Below the pieces are notes generated by a model. The model saw nothing but the letters and a program-made list of their open reading frames with translations. It searched no databases and was not told where the DNA came from. Source: Myxococcota bacterium (GTDB lineage Bacteria > Myxococcota_A > UBA9160 > UBA6930). Taken from it: DNA of 64,000 bases. The translations under genes were made by a program, and so were the position numbers. How positions within the stretch are numbered: the first letter of the stretch is position 1; every line of letters begins with the position of its first letter. The stretch spans positions 2,464,001-2,528,000 of the forward strand of contig OZ245002.1 of NCBI GenBank assembly GCA_965223415.1, in the 5' to 3' direction. This document shows positions 39,419 to 49,328 of this stretch, one piece after another.

Positions 39419-40048
39419 CTAGGGCTCGGCCGCCACGTCGGCGCTGGCCTCGCCCGCGGCGATCTTCCCCTCGAGCTGCTCGATCAGCAGGTCCAGCCCG
39501 TCCTTCTCGATGACGCTGCCGTACTCAGAGCGGCGTAGGGCGAGCTCGCTGACGGTGCCGTTCAGGAAGACGTCCATGACCCGCCAACGGCCTTCGCGAT
39601 GGCCCAGCCGGTAGTGGATCTGCACCGGCTCACCGTCGGGGCGGGTGATGTGGGTGTGTACGACGATGGTCCCGCGGGCGCCGCTCTCCGCTTCCTCCAC
39701 CACGAGCTCCTCGCCGCTCCAGCCGTCGAAGCGCTCGGCGTAGGTGGCCACGGTGAGGCGGCGGAAGGTCTCGACCCAGCGGCTCCGCTCGTCGTCGGCG
39801 AGGCTCCGCCAGTGCCGGCCGAGCACCTTGGCCGCCATCAGCGGTACGTCGTAGGCCTGCTCGACGGCGGGGCCGAGCTTCTCGCGCCGCCCCTCGAGCC
39901 CGAGGCTCTCGGCGTTCCGCATGCAATCCGACAGCGCCGCGTAGAAGGCCTCGATCGGAGCCCGCGCGGCCGAGAGAGCGGCCGTTTCCTCGGCCACCGC
40001 CGCGAGGGGCAGGAGCCAGACGACGGCTAGAGCGAGGAGGCGCCACAT
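39419..40048 (-). CDS. MlaC/Ttg2D-family (HpnM-like) periplasmic lipid-binding protein
   Basis: Signal peptide, LGRHWR, TYAERFDGWSGE, WRVMDVFLNGTVSELALRRSEY. Confidence 0.88.
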   Translation of the reverse strand: MWRLLALAVVWLLPLAAVAEETAALSAARAPIEAFYAALSDCMRNAESLGLEGRREKLGPAVEQAYDVPLMAAKVLGRHWRSLADDERSRWVETFRRLTVATYAERFDGWSGEELVVEEAESGARGTIVVHTHITRPDGEPVQIHYRLGHREGRWRVMDVFLNGTVSELALRRSEYGSVIEKDGLDLLIEQLEGKIAAGEASADVAAEP

Positions 40049-40154
40049 GGGTCGGGAGAGTAGCGGTCCGGCCCCGTTCGGCCCCGTGGCGCCGGTCACC
40101 CTCGCCGCCGGTGGCCGTTCGCACGGGGGCTCCGGAGTCTGCTAGGGCTTCCTC

Positions 40155-42791
40155 GTGGCGACCGAGCTCGAGAAGGCGCTGGGCCGCGGCCTGGCTCGTT
40201 GGGTGGCGTGGATCGGCGGGAGCGCCGGCGCGGCGCTCGCGTCGGCCGTGCTGCTGGCCGTGCTGGCCGGCGGATACGCGGCCGCGAACCTCGGCGTGAA
40301 CTCGGAGACAGACGACGTCTTCGACGCGGAGCTCCCTTTCCGGCGCGACCGCGCGCGCCTCGACGCGGCGCTCCCCACCCGCAATGACAACCTGCTCGTG
40401 GTGATCGACGGGCCGACCGCGCTGGCGGCCGGGGACGCCGCCGCCGCTCTCGCCGCCGAGCTCGAAGCGCAGCCCGAACGCTTCGCGTCGGCCTTCGCGC
40501 CGGGCGCCGGGCCTTTCTTCGAGCGCCACGGGCTCCTCTTCCTCGAGCTGGACGAGCTCGACCGCCTCGCAGATGATCTCGCCTCCGCCCAGCCCTTCCT
40601 GGCGGAGCTCTCGCGGGATCCGAGCCTGCGCGGCCTCTTCGGTCAGCTCACCCGCGCCATCGAGGAGGGGGCCCTCGATCGCGGAGGCTTCGACTTCGAC
40701 CGGGTGCTCGAAGGCGTCACCCACGCCATCGCCGATGCGGAGCGCCGACGCTCGCGGCCGCGGGCCTTCGGCGAGCTCGTGCTCGGGGGCGAAGACGAGG
40801 GCCCGGTTCGGCGCTACGTGATCGTCCAGCCGAAGCCAGACTACAGCGACTTCGTTCCTGCGCGCGCCAGCGTCGGCCGACTGGACGAGATCCTGGCGGA
40901 GAAGGGCTGGGCCTCGGGCGAAGGCGGCATCCGCGCGCGGGTCACCGGCGACCTCGCGCTCAAGACCGAGGAGCTCGCCCTGGTGAAGGCCCAGGCGGCC
41001 GGAGCCGGTGTCGCCTCCTTCGTCCTGGTGGGCCTGATCCTGTGGCGCGCCCAACGCTCGCGCCGCCTGATCGGCGCCACGCTTCTCACCCTGCTGGTCG
41101 GCCTGCTGTGGACCGCCGGGTTCGCGGCGCTCTCGATCGGCCACCTGAACATCATCTCGGTGGCCTTCGCTGTCCTGTTCATCGGCCTGGGCGTCGACTT
41201 CGGCATCCACCTGACCCTTCGCTACCGGGAGCTCCGCGCCGGTGAAACGGCGCACGCGCCGGCCCTTGCCGAGGCGGCCAGGGGAGTCGGCAGCTCGATC
41301 GTGCTGTGCGCGATCACCACCGCGGTCGGCTTCTACGCCTTCGTGCCGACGGACTTCCTGGGCGTTGCCGAGCTCGGCGTCATCTCCGGAACGGGCATGT
41401 TGTTGAGCCTGGTCGGCACGCTGGTCGTGCTGCCGGCGGGTCTCTCCCTGGGCCGGGGGCCGCGGCTCCCGCGCGCGGACCTCGCGACGCTGCGCCTGCC
41501 GACCTGGCCAACGCGGCATCCACGGCTGGTGTGCGGCACCGCCGCCGGTCTCGCCCTCGTCTCTCTCGCGCTCGTGCCGCGTCTCCACTTCGACGCGAAC
41601 CCGCTGCGCGTGCGCGACCCCGCGGCGGCCTCGGTGCAGACCTTCTTCGAGCTGCTGGACGGCGGTGACATCAACCCCTGGAGCATCGAAGTGCTGGCGC
41701 CGGACCTGGCCGCCGCCGACGCGTTGGCCGAGCGCCTGGACGCGCTGCCGAGCGTGGATCGCACGAGCACGCTCTCCACCTACGTGCCCGAGGGCCAGGA
41801 CGAGAAGCTGCTCGTGTTCGAGGACGTGGCCCTCTTCCTCGGCACTGCCGATCTCGAGCCGCTGCCGGCGCCCGGGCTCGCGGAGAACGAGGCGGCCCTG
41901 CGGGAGCTGCGCGTCGCCCTCGCCAGTCTCGAGACCGGGCCCGGCGAGACGCGCCGACGGGTGGCCGGCGAGCTCGGCGCGGCCATCGACCGCTTCGTCG
42001 CCGACCTGAATGGCGATGCGGTGGGCACCCTGCGCGTGAGCCTCGTGGAATCGGTGCTCGACCGGCTGAAGCGGCTCGAGATGGCGCTCTCGAGCGAGGG
42101 CGTGACCCTGGCCGATCTCCCGGCCGTTCTCCACCGCCGCATGGTCGCCGCGGACGGCCGCGCGCTCGTCGAGGTGTATCCGGCGAAGAGCCTCCGCGAC
42201 GATGCGGCGGTGGCGGAGTTCGTCGGCGAGGTTCGCGAGCTGACCGAAGGGGCGACCGGCACGTCGATCTACATGGTGGAGGCGGGGGCCGCCATCATGG
42301 ACGCTCTGCGCCAGGCCCTCGTGACCGCATCCATCGCGGTGGCGCTGCTCCTGCTGGTGCTGTGGCGGAGTCCCCGGGACACCCTGATCGCACTGGCTCC
42401 CCTCGCCCTGGCGGCGCTCCTCACCAGCGCGGTGTGCGTGCTGATCGACATGCCCATCAATTTCGCCAACGTGATCGTGGTGCCGCTCCTGCTCGGGATC
42501 GGCGTGGACAGCGGCATCCACCTCGTCCATCGCTTCCGGGCCGGAGCGCCTCCGGACGGCATCCTCGACACGAGCACCTCGAGGGCCGTGTTCTGGAGCG
42601 CCCTCACGACCATCGCGAGCTTCGGCTCGCTCGGCCTGGCGAGTCACCGCGGCCTTGCGACCCTCGGCCAGCTGCTGACCCTGGGCGTGGCCATCACGCT
42701 CGCGTGCAACCTCGTGTTCCTGCCGGCGCTGCTGACCCTGACGTCCGGCGCTGCTAGTCGCCCAGGGCGAACGCCGCCAACGCCTCGTTGA
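40155..42791 (+). CDS. MMPL/RND transporter, hopanoid HpnN-like
   Basis: FFERHGLLFL, AQPFLAELSRDPSLRGL, LNIISVAFAVLFIGLGVDFGIH, NFANVIVVPLLLGIGVD, SHRG. Confidence 0.9.
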   Translation: MATELEKALGRGLARWVAWIGGSAGAALASAVLLAVLAGGYAAANLGVNSETDDVFDAELPFRRDRARLDAALPTRNDNLLVVIDGPTALAAGDAAAALAAELEAQPERFASAFAPGAGPFFERHGLLFLELDELDRLADDLASAQPFLAELSRDPSLRGLFGQLTRAIEEGALDRGGFDFDRVLEGVTHAIADAERRRSRPRAFGELVLGGEDEGPVRRYVIVQPKPDYSDFVPARASVGRLDEILAEKGWASGEGGIRARVTGDLALKTEELALVKAQAAGAGVASFVLVGLILWRAQRSRRLIGATLLTLLVGLLWTAGFAALSIGHLNIISVAFAVLFIGLGVDFGIHLTLRYRELRAGETAHAPALAEAARGVGSSIVLCAITTAVGFYAFVPTDFLGVAELGVISGTGMLLSLVGTLVVLPAGLSLGRGPRLPRADLATLRLPTWPTRHPRLVCGTAAGLALVSLALVPRLHFDANPLRVRDPAAASVQTFFELLDGGDINPWSIEVLAPDLAAADALAERLDALPSVDRTSTLSTYVPEGQDEKLLVFEDVALFLGTADLEPLPAPGLAENEAALRELRVALASLETGPGETRRRVAGELGAAIDRFVADLNGDAVGTLRVSLVESVLDRLKRLEMALSSEGVTLADLPAVLHRRMVAADGRALVEVYPAKSLRDDAAVAEFVGEVRELTEGATGTSIYMVEAGAAIMDALRQALVTASIAVALLLLVLWRSPRDTLIALAPLALAALLTSAVCVLIDMPINFANVIVVPLLLGIGVDSGIHLVHRFRAGAPPDGILDTSTSRAVFWSALTTIASFGSLGLASHRGLATLGQLLTLGVAITLACNLVFLPALLTLTSGAASRPGRTPPTPR

Positions 42792-43617
42792 AGCCCTCGG
42801 GGTTGTCCGTCATCACCGAGTGGCTGGATTGGGGCACCACCGCGAGCCGCCCGTTCGGTAGCGCGTCGTCCACCATGCGGTCGGCGATCTCCGGCCCGAG
42901 GATGTCCGAAGCGGCGCCTCGCACGACGAGGGTGGGGCAGGGGATCTTCGGGAGGGCGGCCCACAGCCGTGCGGACATCTCCTTCTCGTGGGCCTCCATG
43001 GCGGCCTCGTCCATGTCGCCCCGGGCGGGGAAGAAGGAAGGGTCGAGCTTGCGCTCCCAGCGCCCGTCGTCGCGCTGGCGCAGCTCGGCGGCAGCCATGC
43101 GGCGGATCATCTCCGGGGAGGAGACCGGAAAGTTGTGGGCGAGCACGCGTTCGTACTCCTTCGGCTCAGCGAAGGCGCCGTCGCCCCGGGCCTCTACCTC
43201 GCCGCGGATGCGCGAGGTGCCGCGGGGGTCGTGCTCGGGGCCCGTGTCGACGATCACGAGACCGGCGAGCTTCTCCGGATTGCGCTCGGCGAAGACCATC
43301 GCCGTGCGTCCGCCGAGGGAGTGGCCGACCAGCACGAAGCGCTCGATGCCGAGGGAAAGGGCGATCGCTTCCAGGTCCCGGGCCAGGTCCTCGTAGGCGT
43401 AGCGATGCTCCGGGTCGTGGCCGGAGTCGCCGTGCCCCCGCTGGTCGATGGCCAGGGTGCGGTAGTAGGGCGAGACCACGGGGACCGCCTGGTCCCAGAT
43501 GTGGGCCGTGTTGCCGAAGCCGTGGACGAAGACGAGCGGGACGCCTTCGGTGCTCCACTCGAGTACGTGGATCGGGTGGCCGTCGGCGCCGGTGACGAAG
43601 AGCGAGCGGGGCTCCAT
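42754..43617 (-). CDS. Alpha/beta hydrolase
   Basis: HGFGN, DQRGHGDS, GHSLGG, HSVMTDNP. Confidence 0.92.
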   Translation of the reverse strand: MEPRSLFVTGADGHPIHVLEWSTEGVPLVFVHGFGNTAHIWDQAVPVVSPYYRTLAIDQRGHGDSGHDPEHRYAYEDLARDLEAIALSLGIERFVLVGHSLGGRTAMVFAERNPEKLAGLVIVDTGPEHDPRGTSRIRGEVEARGDGAFAEPKEYERVLAHNFPVSSPEMIRRMAAAELRQRDDGRWERKLDPSFFPARGDMDEAAMEAHEKEMSARLWAALPKIPCPTLVVRGAASDILGPEIADRMVDDALPNGRLAVVPQSSHSVMTDNPEGFNEALAAFALGD

Positions 43618-43814
43618 GAGTGCGCATGCTATCGCAGCCCGCGGGTTCCGAACTGCTAACGTTGCGCCCCCGCGCCGCCGACGATTCCCGGCGGACGCGC
43701 CGGCCGCGCACCCGCCGCGCCCGCACACCCGCGGGAAAGCGTCGCGGGCCGCCCCGAAGGGACGGCCCGGCGCGGGAAGCCCGGCGAGAGAAGCCAGAGA
43801 AGGGAGGAGACCGG

Positions 43815-46082
43815 ATGCCGACGATCGAGACCACGCCCGACCTCGTGCGGAGCACCTACGAGAAGGTCCGCCAGAACCTGGAGATCGTGCGACGTCGGCT
43901 CGGGCGACCGCTCACCTACGCCGAGAAGATCCTGCTCGGCCACCTGAACGACCCGCAAGGGCAGGAGCTCGACCCGGGCGAGAGCTACCTCGAGCTGCGG
44001 CCCGACCGGGTGGCCATGCAGGACGCCACCGCCCAGATGGCGCTCCTCCAGTTCGTCTCCTCCGGACGCGAGGAGACCGCGGTGCCCAGCACGGTGCACT
44101 GCGACCATTTGATCCAGGCCTACCAGGGTGCCAGCCAGGACATGGAGACCGCCGAGGTGACGAACCGCGAGGTCTACGACTTCCTGCGCTCGGCCTCGGC
44201 ACGCTACGGCATCGGCTTCTGGGGCCCGGGGGCCGGCATCATCCACCAGGTGGTGCTCGAGAAGTACGCCTTCCCGGGCGGCATGATGATCGGCACCGAT
44301 TCCCACACGCCGAACGCCGGCGGCCTCGGCATGTTCGCCTGCGGCGTGGGTGGCGCCGACGCGGTGGACGTGATGGCCGGCTTCCCCTGGGAGGTGCTGT
44401 ACCCGAAGCTGGTCGGCGTTCGCTTGACCGGAGAGCTCAGCGGATGGTCGGCGCCGAAGGACGTGATCCTGAAGGTGTGCGAGCTGCTCACGGTGAAGGG
44501 CGGCACGAACCGGGTGGTCGAGTACTTCGGTGCCGGCACGCGCTCGCTCTCCTGCACCGGCAAGGGAACGATCACGAACATGGGCGCCGAGCTCGGCGCG
44601 ACGACCTCGATCTTCCCCTACGACGAGCGCATGGAGCTCTATCTCAAGAGCACCGAGCGCGAGGCCCTGGCGGACCTGGCCAACGAGTACGCGGACCTGC
44701 TCGGTCCCGACCCGGAGGTGGCGAACGAGCCCGACGGTTTCTTCGACGAGATCGTCGAGATCGATCTTTCCACCCTCGAGCCCCACATCGTCGGCCCCCA
44801 CACGCCGGACCTCGCGCGGCCGGTCTCGCGGATGGCGGCGGACGTGGAGGAGAAGGGTTACCCCGCCAGCCTCACCTCGTGCCTGATCGGAAGCTGCACG
44901 AACTCGTCCTACGAGGACCTGTCGCGAGCGGCGGACGTGGCGCGGCAGGCCAGCGCCCGCGGCGCCGGGGCGAAGACGAAGCTGTGGTGCACCCCCGGCT
45001 CCGAGCAGATCCACCGGACGATCCGCCGCGACGGCCAGCTCGAGGCGCTGGAAGGGATCGGAGCGGTGGTGCTGGCGAACGCCTGCGGGCCCTGCATCGG
45101 CCAGTGGCGGCGCGACGACATCGAGAAGGGCGTCCCGAACTCGATCCTCACCTCGTTCAACCGGAACTTCCCGAAGCGAAACGACGGGAACCCGGAGACC
45201 CTGGCGTTCATCGGCAGCCCCGAGATCTGCGTGGCCTACGCCCTGGCGGGGACCCTGGCCTTCGATCCCCTGACCGACGAGATCGAGGCCGCCGACGGAA
45301 CGCGCTTCAAGCTCTCCCCGCCCGCACCGGCGCCGGACGTGCCGGAGAACGGGTTCGTGGCGAGCAGCGAGGGCTACCAGGCGCCGCCGGCGGATCGCGC
45401 GGGCCTGGAGGTCGAGATCAGCCCCGAGTCCGAGCGCCTGGCGTTCCTGGAGCCCTTCGCGCCCTGGAGTGGCCAGGATTTCGCCGAGCTGCCGCTCCTC
45501 CTGAAGGCCAAGGGCAAGTGCACCACCGACCACATCTCGATGGCCGGCCCGTGGCTGCGCTTCCGGGGCCACCTGGATCGCATCAGCGACAACATGTACA
45601 TCGGCGCGATCAACGCCTACACCGGCAAGGCGGGCGAAGGCCTCGACCAGCTCTCCGGCGAGGCGGGCGTCTCCTTCCCGAAGATCGCCCGCCACTACAA
45701 GGCCGAGGGCCTGCGCTGGGTCGTCGTCGGCGACGAGAACTACGGCGAGGGCTCGAGCCGCGAACATGCGGCCATGGAGCCGCGGCACCTGGGCTGCGCC
45801 GCCGTGATCGTCCGCAGCTTCGCCCGCATCGCCGAGACGAACCTGAAGAAGCAGGGCGTGCTCCCTCTCACCTTCACGGACCCGGCCGACTACGACAAGG
45901 TGCAGGAGCACGACCGCATCAGCATCACCGGCCTCACTGCCCTCGCCGAAGACCAGCCCGTGACCGCTACCCTCCACCACAAGGACGGCAGCACCGACCA
46001 GTTCCCCGTCATCCACTCCCTCAACGACGACCAGATCGCCTGGTTCCAGGCCGGCTCCGCCCTCAACATCCTCCGCCGTTAA
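43815..46082 (+). CDS. Aconitate hydratase, mitochondrial-type
   Basis: [74 protein letters not shown]. Confidence 0.97.
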   Translation: MPTIETTPDLVRSTYEKVRQNLEIVRRRLGRPLTYAEKILLGHLNDPQGQELDPGESYLELRPDRVAMQDATAQMALLQFVSSGREETAVPSTVHCDHLIQAYQGASQDMETAEVTNREVYDFLRSASARYGIGFWGPGAGIIHQVVLEKYAFPGGMMIGTDSHTPNAGGLGMFACGVGGADAVDVMAGFPWEVLYPKLVGVRLTGELSGWSAPKDVILKVCELLTVKGGTNRVVEYFGAGTRSLSCTGKGTITNMGAELGATTSIFPYDERMELYLKSTEREALADLANEYADLLGPDPEVANEPDGFFDEIVEIDLSTLEPHIVGPHTPDLARPVSRMAADVEEKGYPASLTSCLIGSCTNSSYEDLSRAADVARQASARGAGAKTKLWCTPGSEQIHRTIRRDGQLEALEGIGAVVLANACGPCIGQWRRDDIEKGVPNSILTSFNRNFPKRNDGNPETLAFIGSPEICVAYALAGTLAFDPLTDEIEAADGTRFKLSPPAPAPDVPENGFVASSEGYQAPPADRAGLEVEISPESERLAFLEPFAPWSGQDFAELPLLLKAKGKCTTDHISMAGPWLRFRGHLDRISDNMYIGAINAYTGKAGEGLDQLSGEAGVSFPKIARHYKAEGLRWVVVGDENYGEGSSREHAAMEPRHLGCAAVIVRSFARIAETNLKKQGVLPLTFTDPADYDKVQEHDRISITGLTALAEDQPVTATLHHKDGSTDQFPVIHSLNDDQIAWFQAGSALNILRR

Positions 46083-46083
46083 G

Positions 46084-46153
46084 TTAGGGGCCGGTTCCGT
46101 TTGTTAAGTTGTCGCTTGTTGTGTTGGGGGCCGGGTCCGCTTGTTGCGTTGTC
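46084..46153 (-). repeat. Two tandem family B REP-like units
   Basis: Minus strand reads CCGACAACGCAACAAGCGGACCCGGCCCCCAAC then ACAACTTAACAAACGGAACCGGCCCCTAA; matches the elements at 51131 and 53740. Confidence 0.85.
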
Positions 46154-46845
46154 GGGAGGGCGGGGGCGAACTGGTAGCGGAGCCAGGCGCGAGCGCCGGG
46201 GTGGAGCAGGGCCGCGAGCGGGAGCAGGATGAGGGCGGCGAGCCAGGCGGCGTTGCCGTAGTCGCCTTCGAGCAGCTTGCTCCCGAAGGCCGCGTAGACG
46301 AGGCAGCGGGGCACGAGGCCGACGGCGAGGGCCAGGGCGAAGATCGCGGGACCCATCTGCGTCACGCCCGCGGCCGCGTGGTAGAGCGTCGTCGGGCCGA
46401 AGGGCAAGGCTGTGCCGACGGCCATCAGCGCCGCCGCACCGCGGGTGCCGGCCACGTCGAGGGTGCGCCGCAGGTTCGGCGGCACGCGCCGCGAGACCTG
46501 CTCGGCGCCGAGCCAGCGCACCGCCGCGAACACCCCGAAGCCCGAGAGGAAGCTCCCGAGGTGGCCGTAGAGGGCCCCCTCGAGGACCCCGAAGCACACG
46601 CCCGACACGGTCAGGACGATCTGGGAGGTGAGCAGCAGCAGCGTACGGAAGGCGACGATCAGCACCATCGCCACCGGGCCCCACATCCCGAGGCTCCGGA
46701 CGAAATCGCGCACCGAGTCGACGTTCAGGTCGACGTCCAGGGCCGAGCGCACAGCGAAGGCAATCCCCACCACCGCCAGGACGGCAACGAGGACGAGGAG
46801 GCGGCGCGCCGGCACGCCTCGGCTGGGGGAGGGGGATTCGCTCAT
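46084..46845 (-). CDS. TVP38/DedA (VTT-domain) membrane protein
   Basis: Multi-TM with G-x-x-FG-x-x-x-G, AAGVT and GLVPR motifs. C-terminus reads through the repeat. Confidence 0.85.
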   Translation of the reverse strand: MSESPSPSRGVPARRLLVLVAVLAVVGIAFAVRSALDVDLNVDSVRDFVRSLGMWGPVAMVLIVAFRTLLLLTSQIVLTVSGVCFGVLEGALYGHLGSFLSGFGVFAAVRWLGAEQVSRRVPPNLRRTLDVAGTRGAAALMAVGTALPFGPTTLYHAAAGVTQMGPAIFALALAVGLVPRCLVYAAFGSKLLEGDYGNAAWLAALILLPLAALLHPGARAWLRYQFAPALPTTQQADPAPNTTSDNLTNGTGP

Positions 46846-46891
46846 GGGATGGAGGGCGGGGCGCTCGGCCTCCGGTAGCATCCCCGATGCC

Positions 46892-47830
46892 ATGCCGCCG
46901 CGCACGCTCGTGATCGTGAACCCGGCCAGCCGCAGCGGGCGCACGCGAAAGGCCTTCCAGGCGCTGGAGCCCAGGCTCCGCGACCTGCTCGGGCCGCTGG
47001 AGATCGACTGGACCAAGGCGCCCCGGGACGCCGAGCGCCTGGCGCGCGAGGGCGCCCGGGCCGGCGTGGAGCGCATCCTGGTCGCCGGCGGCGACGGCAC
47101 CGCTGGCGAGGTGGTCACCGGCGTGCTGGCCGCCGACCTGGTCGACGAGGTCCAGATCGGCTTCCTCCCCCTCGGCACCGGTGCCGACCTGGTGCGCGGG
47201 CTCGGCCTCGCCACCGATCTCGAGCAGGCGGTCGCCGACATCGCCGCTGGCCGCACCCGACAGGTCGACGCCGGCCGCGTCCACTACGTCACCCGCGAGG
47301 GCGAGCCGCGCAGCACCGGCTACATCAACTCCGCCACCCTCGGCATCTCCGGCACGATTTGTCGCATGGTCAACCAGACGGGAAAGTGGATGGGTGGCAC
47401 CCTCTCGTTCCTGATCGGAACCCTGCGCGGGCTGGCCCGCTTCCGCCCCGCCGCCGTCGATCTCGTCCTCGACGGCGAGAAGATCTACAGCGGCGACGTC
47501 GTCCTGGCCACGGCCACCAATGGTCCCTTCTTCGGGGGCGGGATGCGCGCCGCGCCGAAGGCCCGCTTCGACGACGGACTGCTCGACGTCATGGTCATCC
47601 CCGGCCTGTCGAAGCGGACGCTGTTCACGAAGCTTCCGCGCCTCTACACCGGAACGCACGTCGACGTGGCCGACGTGCTCTACTTCCAGGGTCGCGAGCT
47701 GGTCGCGGAAGCGGCTCCCGGTGCCCAGGGTCTCGAGGTGGACGGCGAGCCGCTCGGCTTCGCGCCGGCGCGCTTCGAGGTGCTCCCGGAGGCGATCACG
47801 ATCGTGGGCGTCCGGGAAACCGGTCGGTGA
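46892..47830 (+). CDS. Diacylglycerol kinase family (YegS/BmrU-like) lipid kinase
   Basis: VIVNPAS, AGGDGT, LPLGTG, NGPFFGGGM, DDGLLD, EVDGE. Confidence 0.92.
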   Translation: MPPRTLVIVNPASRSGRTRKAFQALEPRLRDLLGPLEIDWTKAPRDAERLAREGARAGVERILVAGGDGTAGEVVTGVLAADLVDEVQIGFLPLGTGADLVRGLGLATDLEQAVADIAAGRTRQVDAGRVHYVTREGEPRSTGYINSATLGISGTICRMVNQTGKWMGGTLSFLIGTLRGLARFRPAAVDLVLDGEKIYSGDVVLATATNGPFFGGGMRAAPKARFDDGLLDVMVIPGLSKRTLFTKLPRLYTGTHVDVADVLYFQGRELVAEAAPGAQGLEVDGEPLGFAPARFEVLPEAITIVGVRETGR

Positions 47831-48792
47831 GCGAGGAGCCGCTCTTCGATCGCATCCGGGAGGCCTGTGCCGAGGTCGCGCGCCGTGCCCGCCGCGTGCG
47901 AATCGACGACGCGGCCCTGGAGCAGCTCGCGGCCATCCTCGCCCGCGAGCGCCCGCCGGTCCCCGAGCTCGATCCGGGCCACCGGGAGCTCGGCGAAGCC
48001 GATGCCACTGTCGCCTACGTGGTCACCCTGAATGCGATCAACTTCGGCTCCGGCTGGTTCCCGCACCTGCAGAAGCGCCGGGGCCAGTCCGGCTACCTGA
48101 CCATCGCCCACGGCCTGCGGGAGCGGTTCGAGAAGGAGGGCCCATGGAGCGCCGGCCAGCTCGTCCGCCTCACCGCCGGCGACTGTGCCCGCACCTTCGG
48201 CCAGAGCACCGAGGGCCCGGCCGGCGAGCTCATGGAGCTCTTCGCCCAGGCCCTGAACGAGCTCGGCCACTTCCTCCACCGCGAACACCGCGCGCGCTTC
48301 GCGGGGCCGGTGGAAGCGGCGCGTGGCTCCGCGGCTTCCCTCGTCCGCATCCTCGCCGCCATGCCCTTCTACCAGGACGTCTCCCGCTACCAGGGCTTCG
48401 AGGTTCCCTTCTACAAGCGCGCGCAGATCACCTGCGCCGACCTGCACGCGGCCTTCCGGGGACGTGGCCTGGGCGCCTTCCGGGACCTGGACGAGCTCAC
48501 GATCTTCGCCGACAACCTCGTGCCTCACACCCTGCGCATGCTGAAGGTGCTGGCCTTCGACGCCAACCTGGAGGCCGACGTCGAGCGCGAGAGGCTCGTC
48601 CCCCACGGCAGCGAGGAGGAGGTGGAGATCCGCGCCGTGGCCCTCCACGCGGTCGAGCAGATCGTGGCGAGCTGCCGGCGTCGGGGCTGGCAGGTGAACG
48701 CGCAGCGCATCGACAACCTGCTCTGGTCCCGCGGGCAGAGCCCCGAGATCAAGGCCCGCCCACGTCATCGCACGCGCTGCACCTTCTACTGA
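47827..48792 (+). CDS. Queuosine salvage protein (DUF2419/QNG1-like)
   Basis: AINFGSGW, FYKRAQI, LTIFADNLVP-x-x-L, EEVEIRA, IDNLLW, HRTRCTFY. Confidence 0.88.
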   Translation: MSEEPLFDRIREACAEVARRARRVRIDDAALEQLAAILARERPPVPELDPGHRELGEADATVAYVVTLNAINFGSGWFPHLQKRRGQSGYLTIAHGLRERFEKEGPWSAGQLVRLTAGDCARTFGQSTEGPAGELMELFAQALNELGHFLHREHRARFAGPVEAARGSAASLVRILAAMPFYQDVSRYQGFEVPFYKRAQITCADLHAAFRGRGLGAFRDLDELTIFADNLVPHTLRMLKVLAFDANLEADVERERLVPHGSEEEVEIRAVALHAVEQIVASCRRRGWQVNAQRIDNLLWSRGQSPEIKARPRHRTRCTFY

Positions 48793-48827
48793 TCGTGGCC
48801 GCGCGAGGATCCGAACGGAGGAGCCCG

Positions 48828-49328
48828 TTGCTCGATCCCCAGCTCGCGTTCATGGCGGCGCTGCTCGCGGCTCTGGCCGGCCTGGCCTGGTGGCGCGGTG
48901 GCGAATCGCTCGTTCGCCAGGGCCTCGGCGACGGTCTCGATCTGTTGCTGCGCTTCGGCCTGCTGATCGCCGTCTCCTTCCTCGCGGCGGGGCTCGCCCA
49001 GGCGCTGGTCCCCCGCGGCTGGATCGAGGGCGCCCTCGGCCACGACGCCGGTCTGCGCGGCATCCTGATCGCCACCGCCGCCGGGGCGATCACGCCGGCG
49101 GGGCCCTTCGTCTCGATGCCGATCGCCGCGGTGATGCTGCGCGCCGGCGCTTCACCGGCGGCCGTGGTGGCGTTCCTGACGGCGTGGTCCCTGCTGGCGC
49201 TTCATCGCCTGGTGGCCTGGGAGGTGCCGATCCTCGGCGCGCGCTTCGCCCTGCTGCGCTACGGGGTCTCGTTGGGGCTGCCGGTGCTTGCCGGGCTCGT
49301 CACCCGCGCCCTCGCGCGTGGGGGCTGA
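48828..49328 (+). CDS. Permease (DUF318/ArsP-like half module)
   Basis: TTG start after GGAGGAG; AGAITPAGPFVSMP, AFLTAWSL, WEVPILG. Confidence 0.78.
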   Translation: MLDPQLAFMAALLAALAGLAWWRGGESLVRQGLGDGLDLLLRFGLLIAVSFLAAGLAQALVPRGWIEGALGHDAGLRGILIATAAGAITPAGPFVSMPIAAVMLRAGASPAAVVAFLTAWSLLALHRLVAWEVPILGARFALLRYGVSLGLPVLAGLVTRALARGG

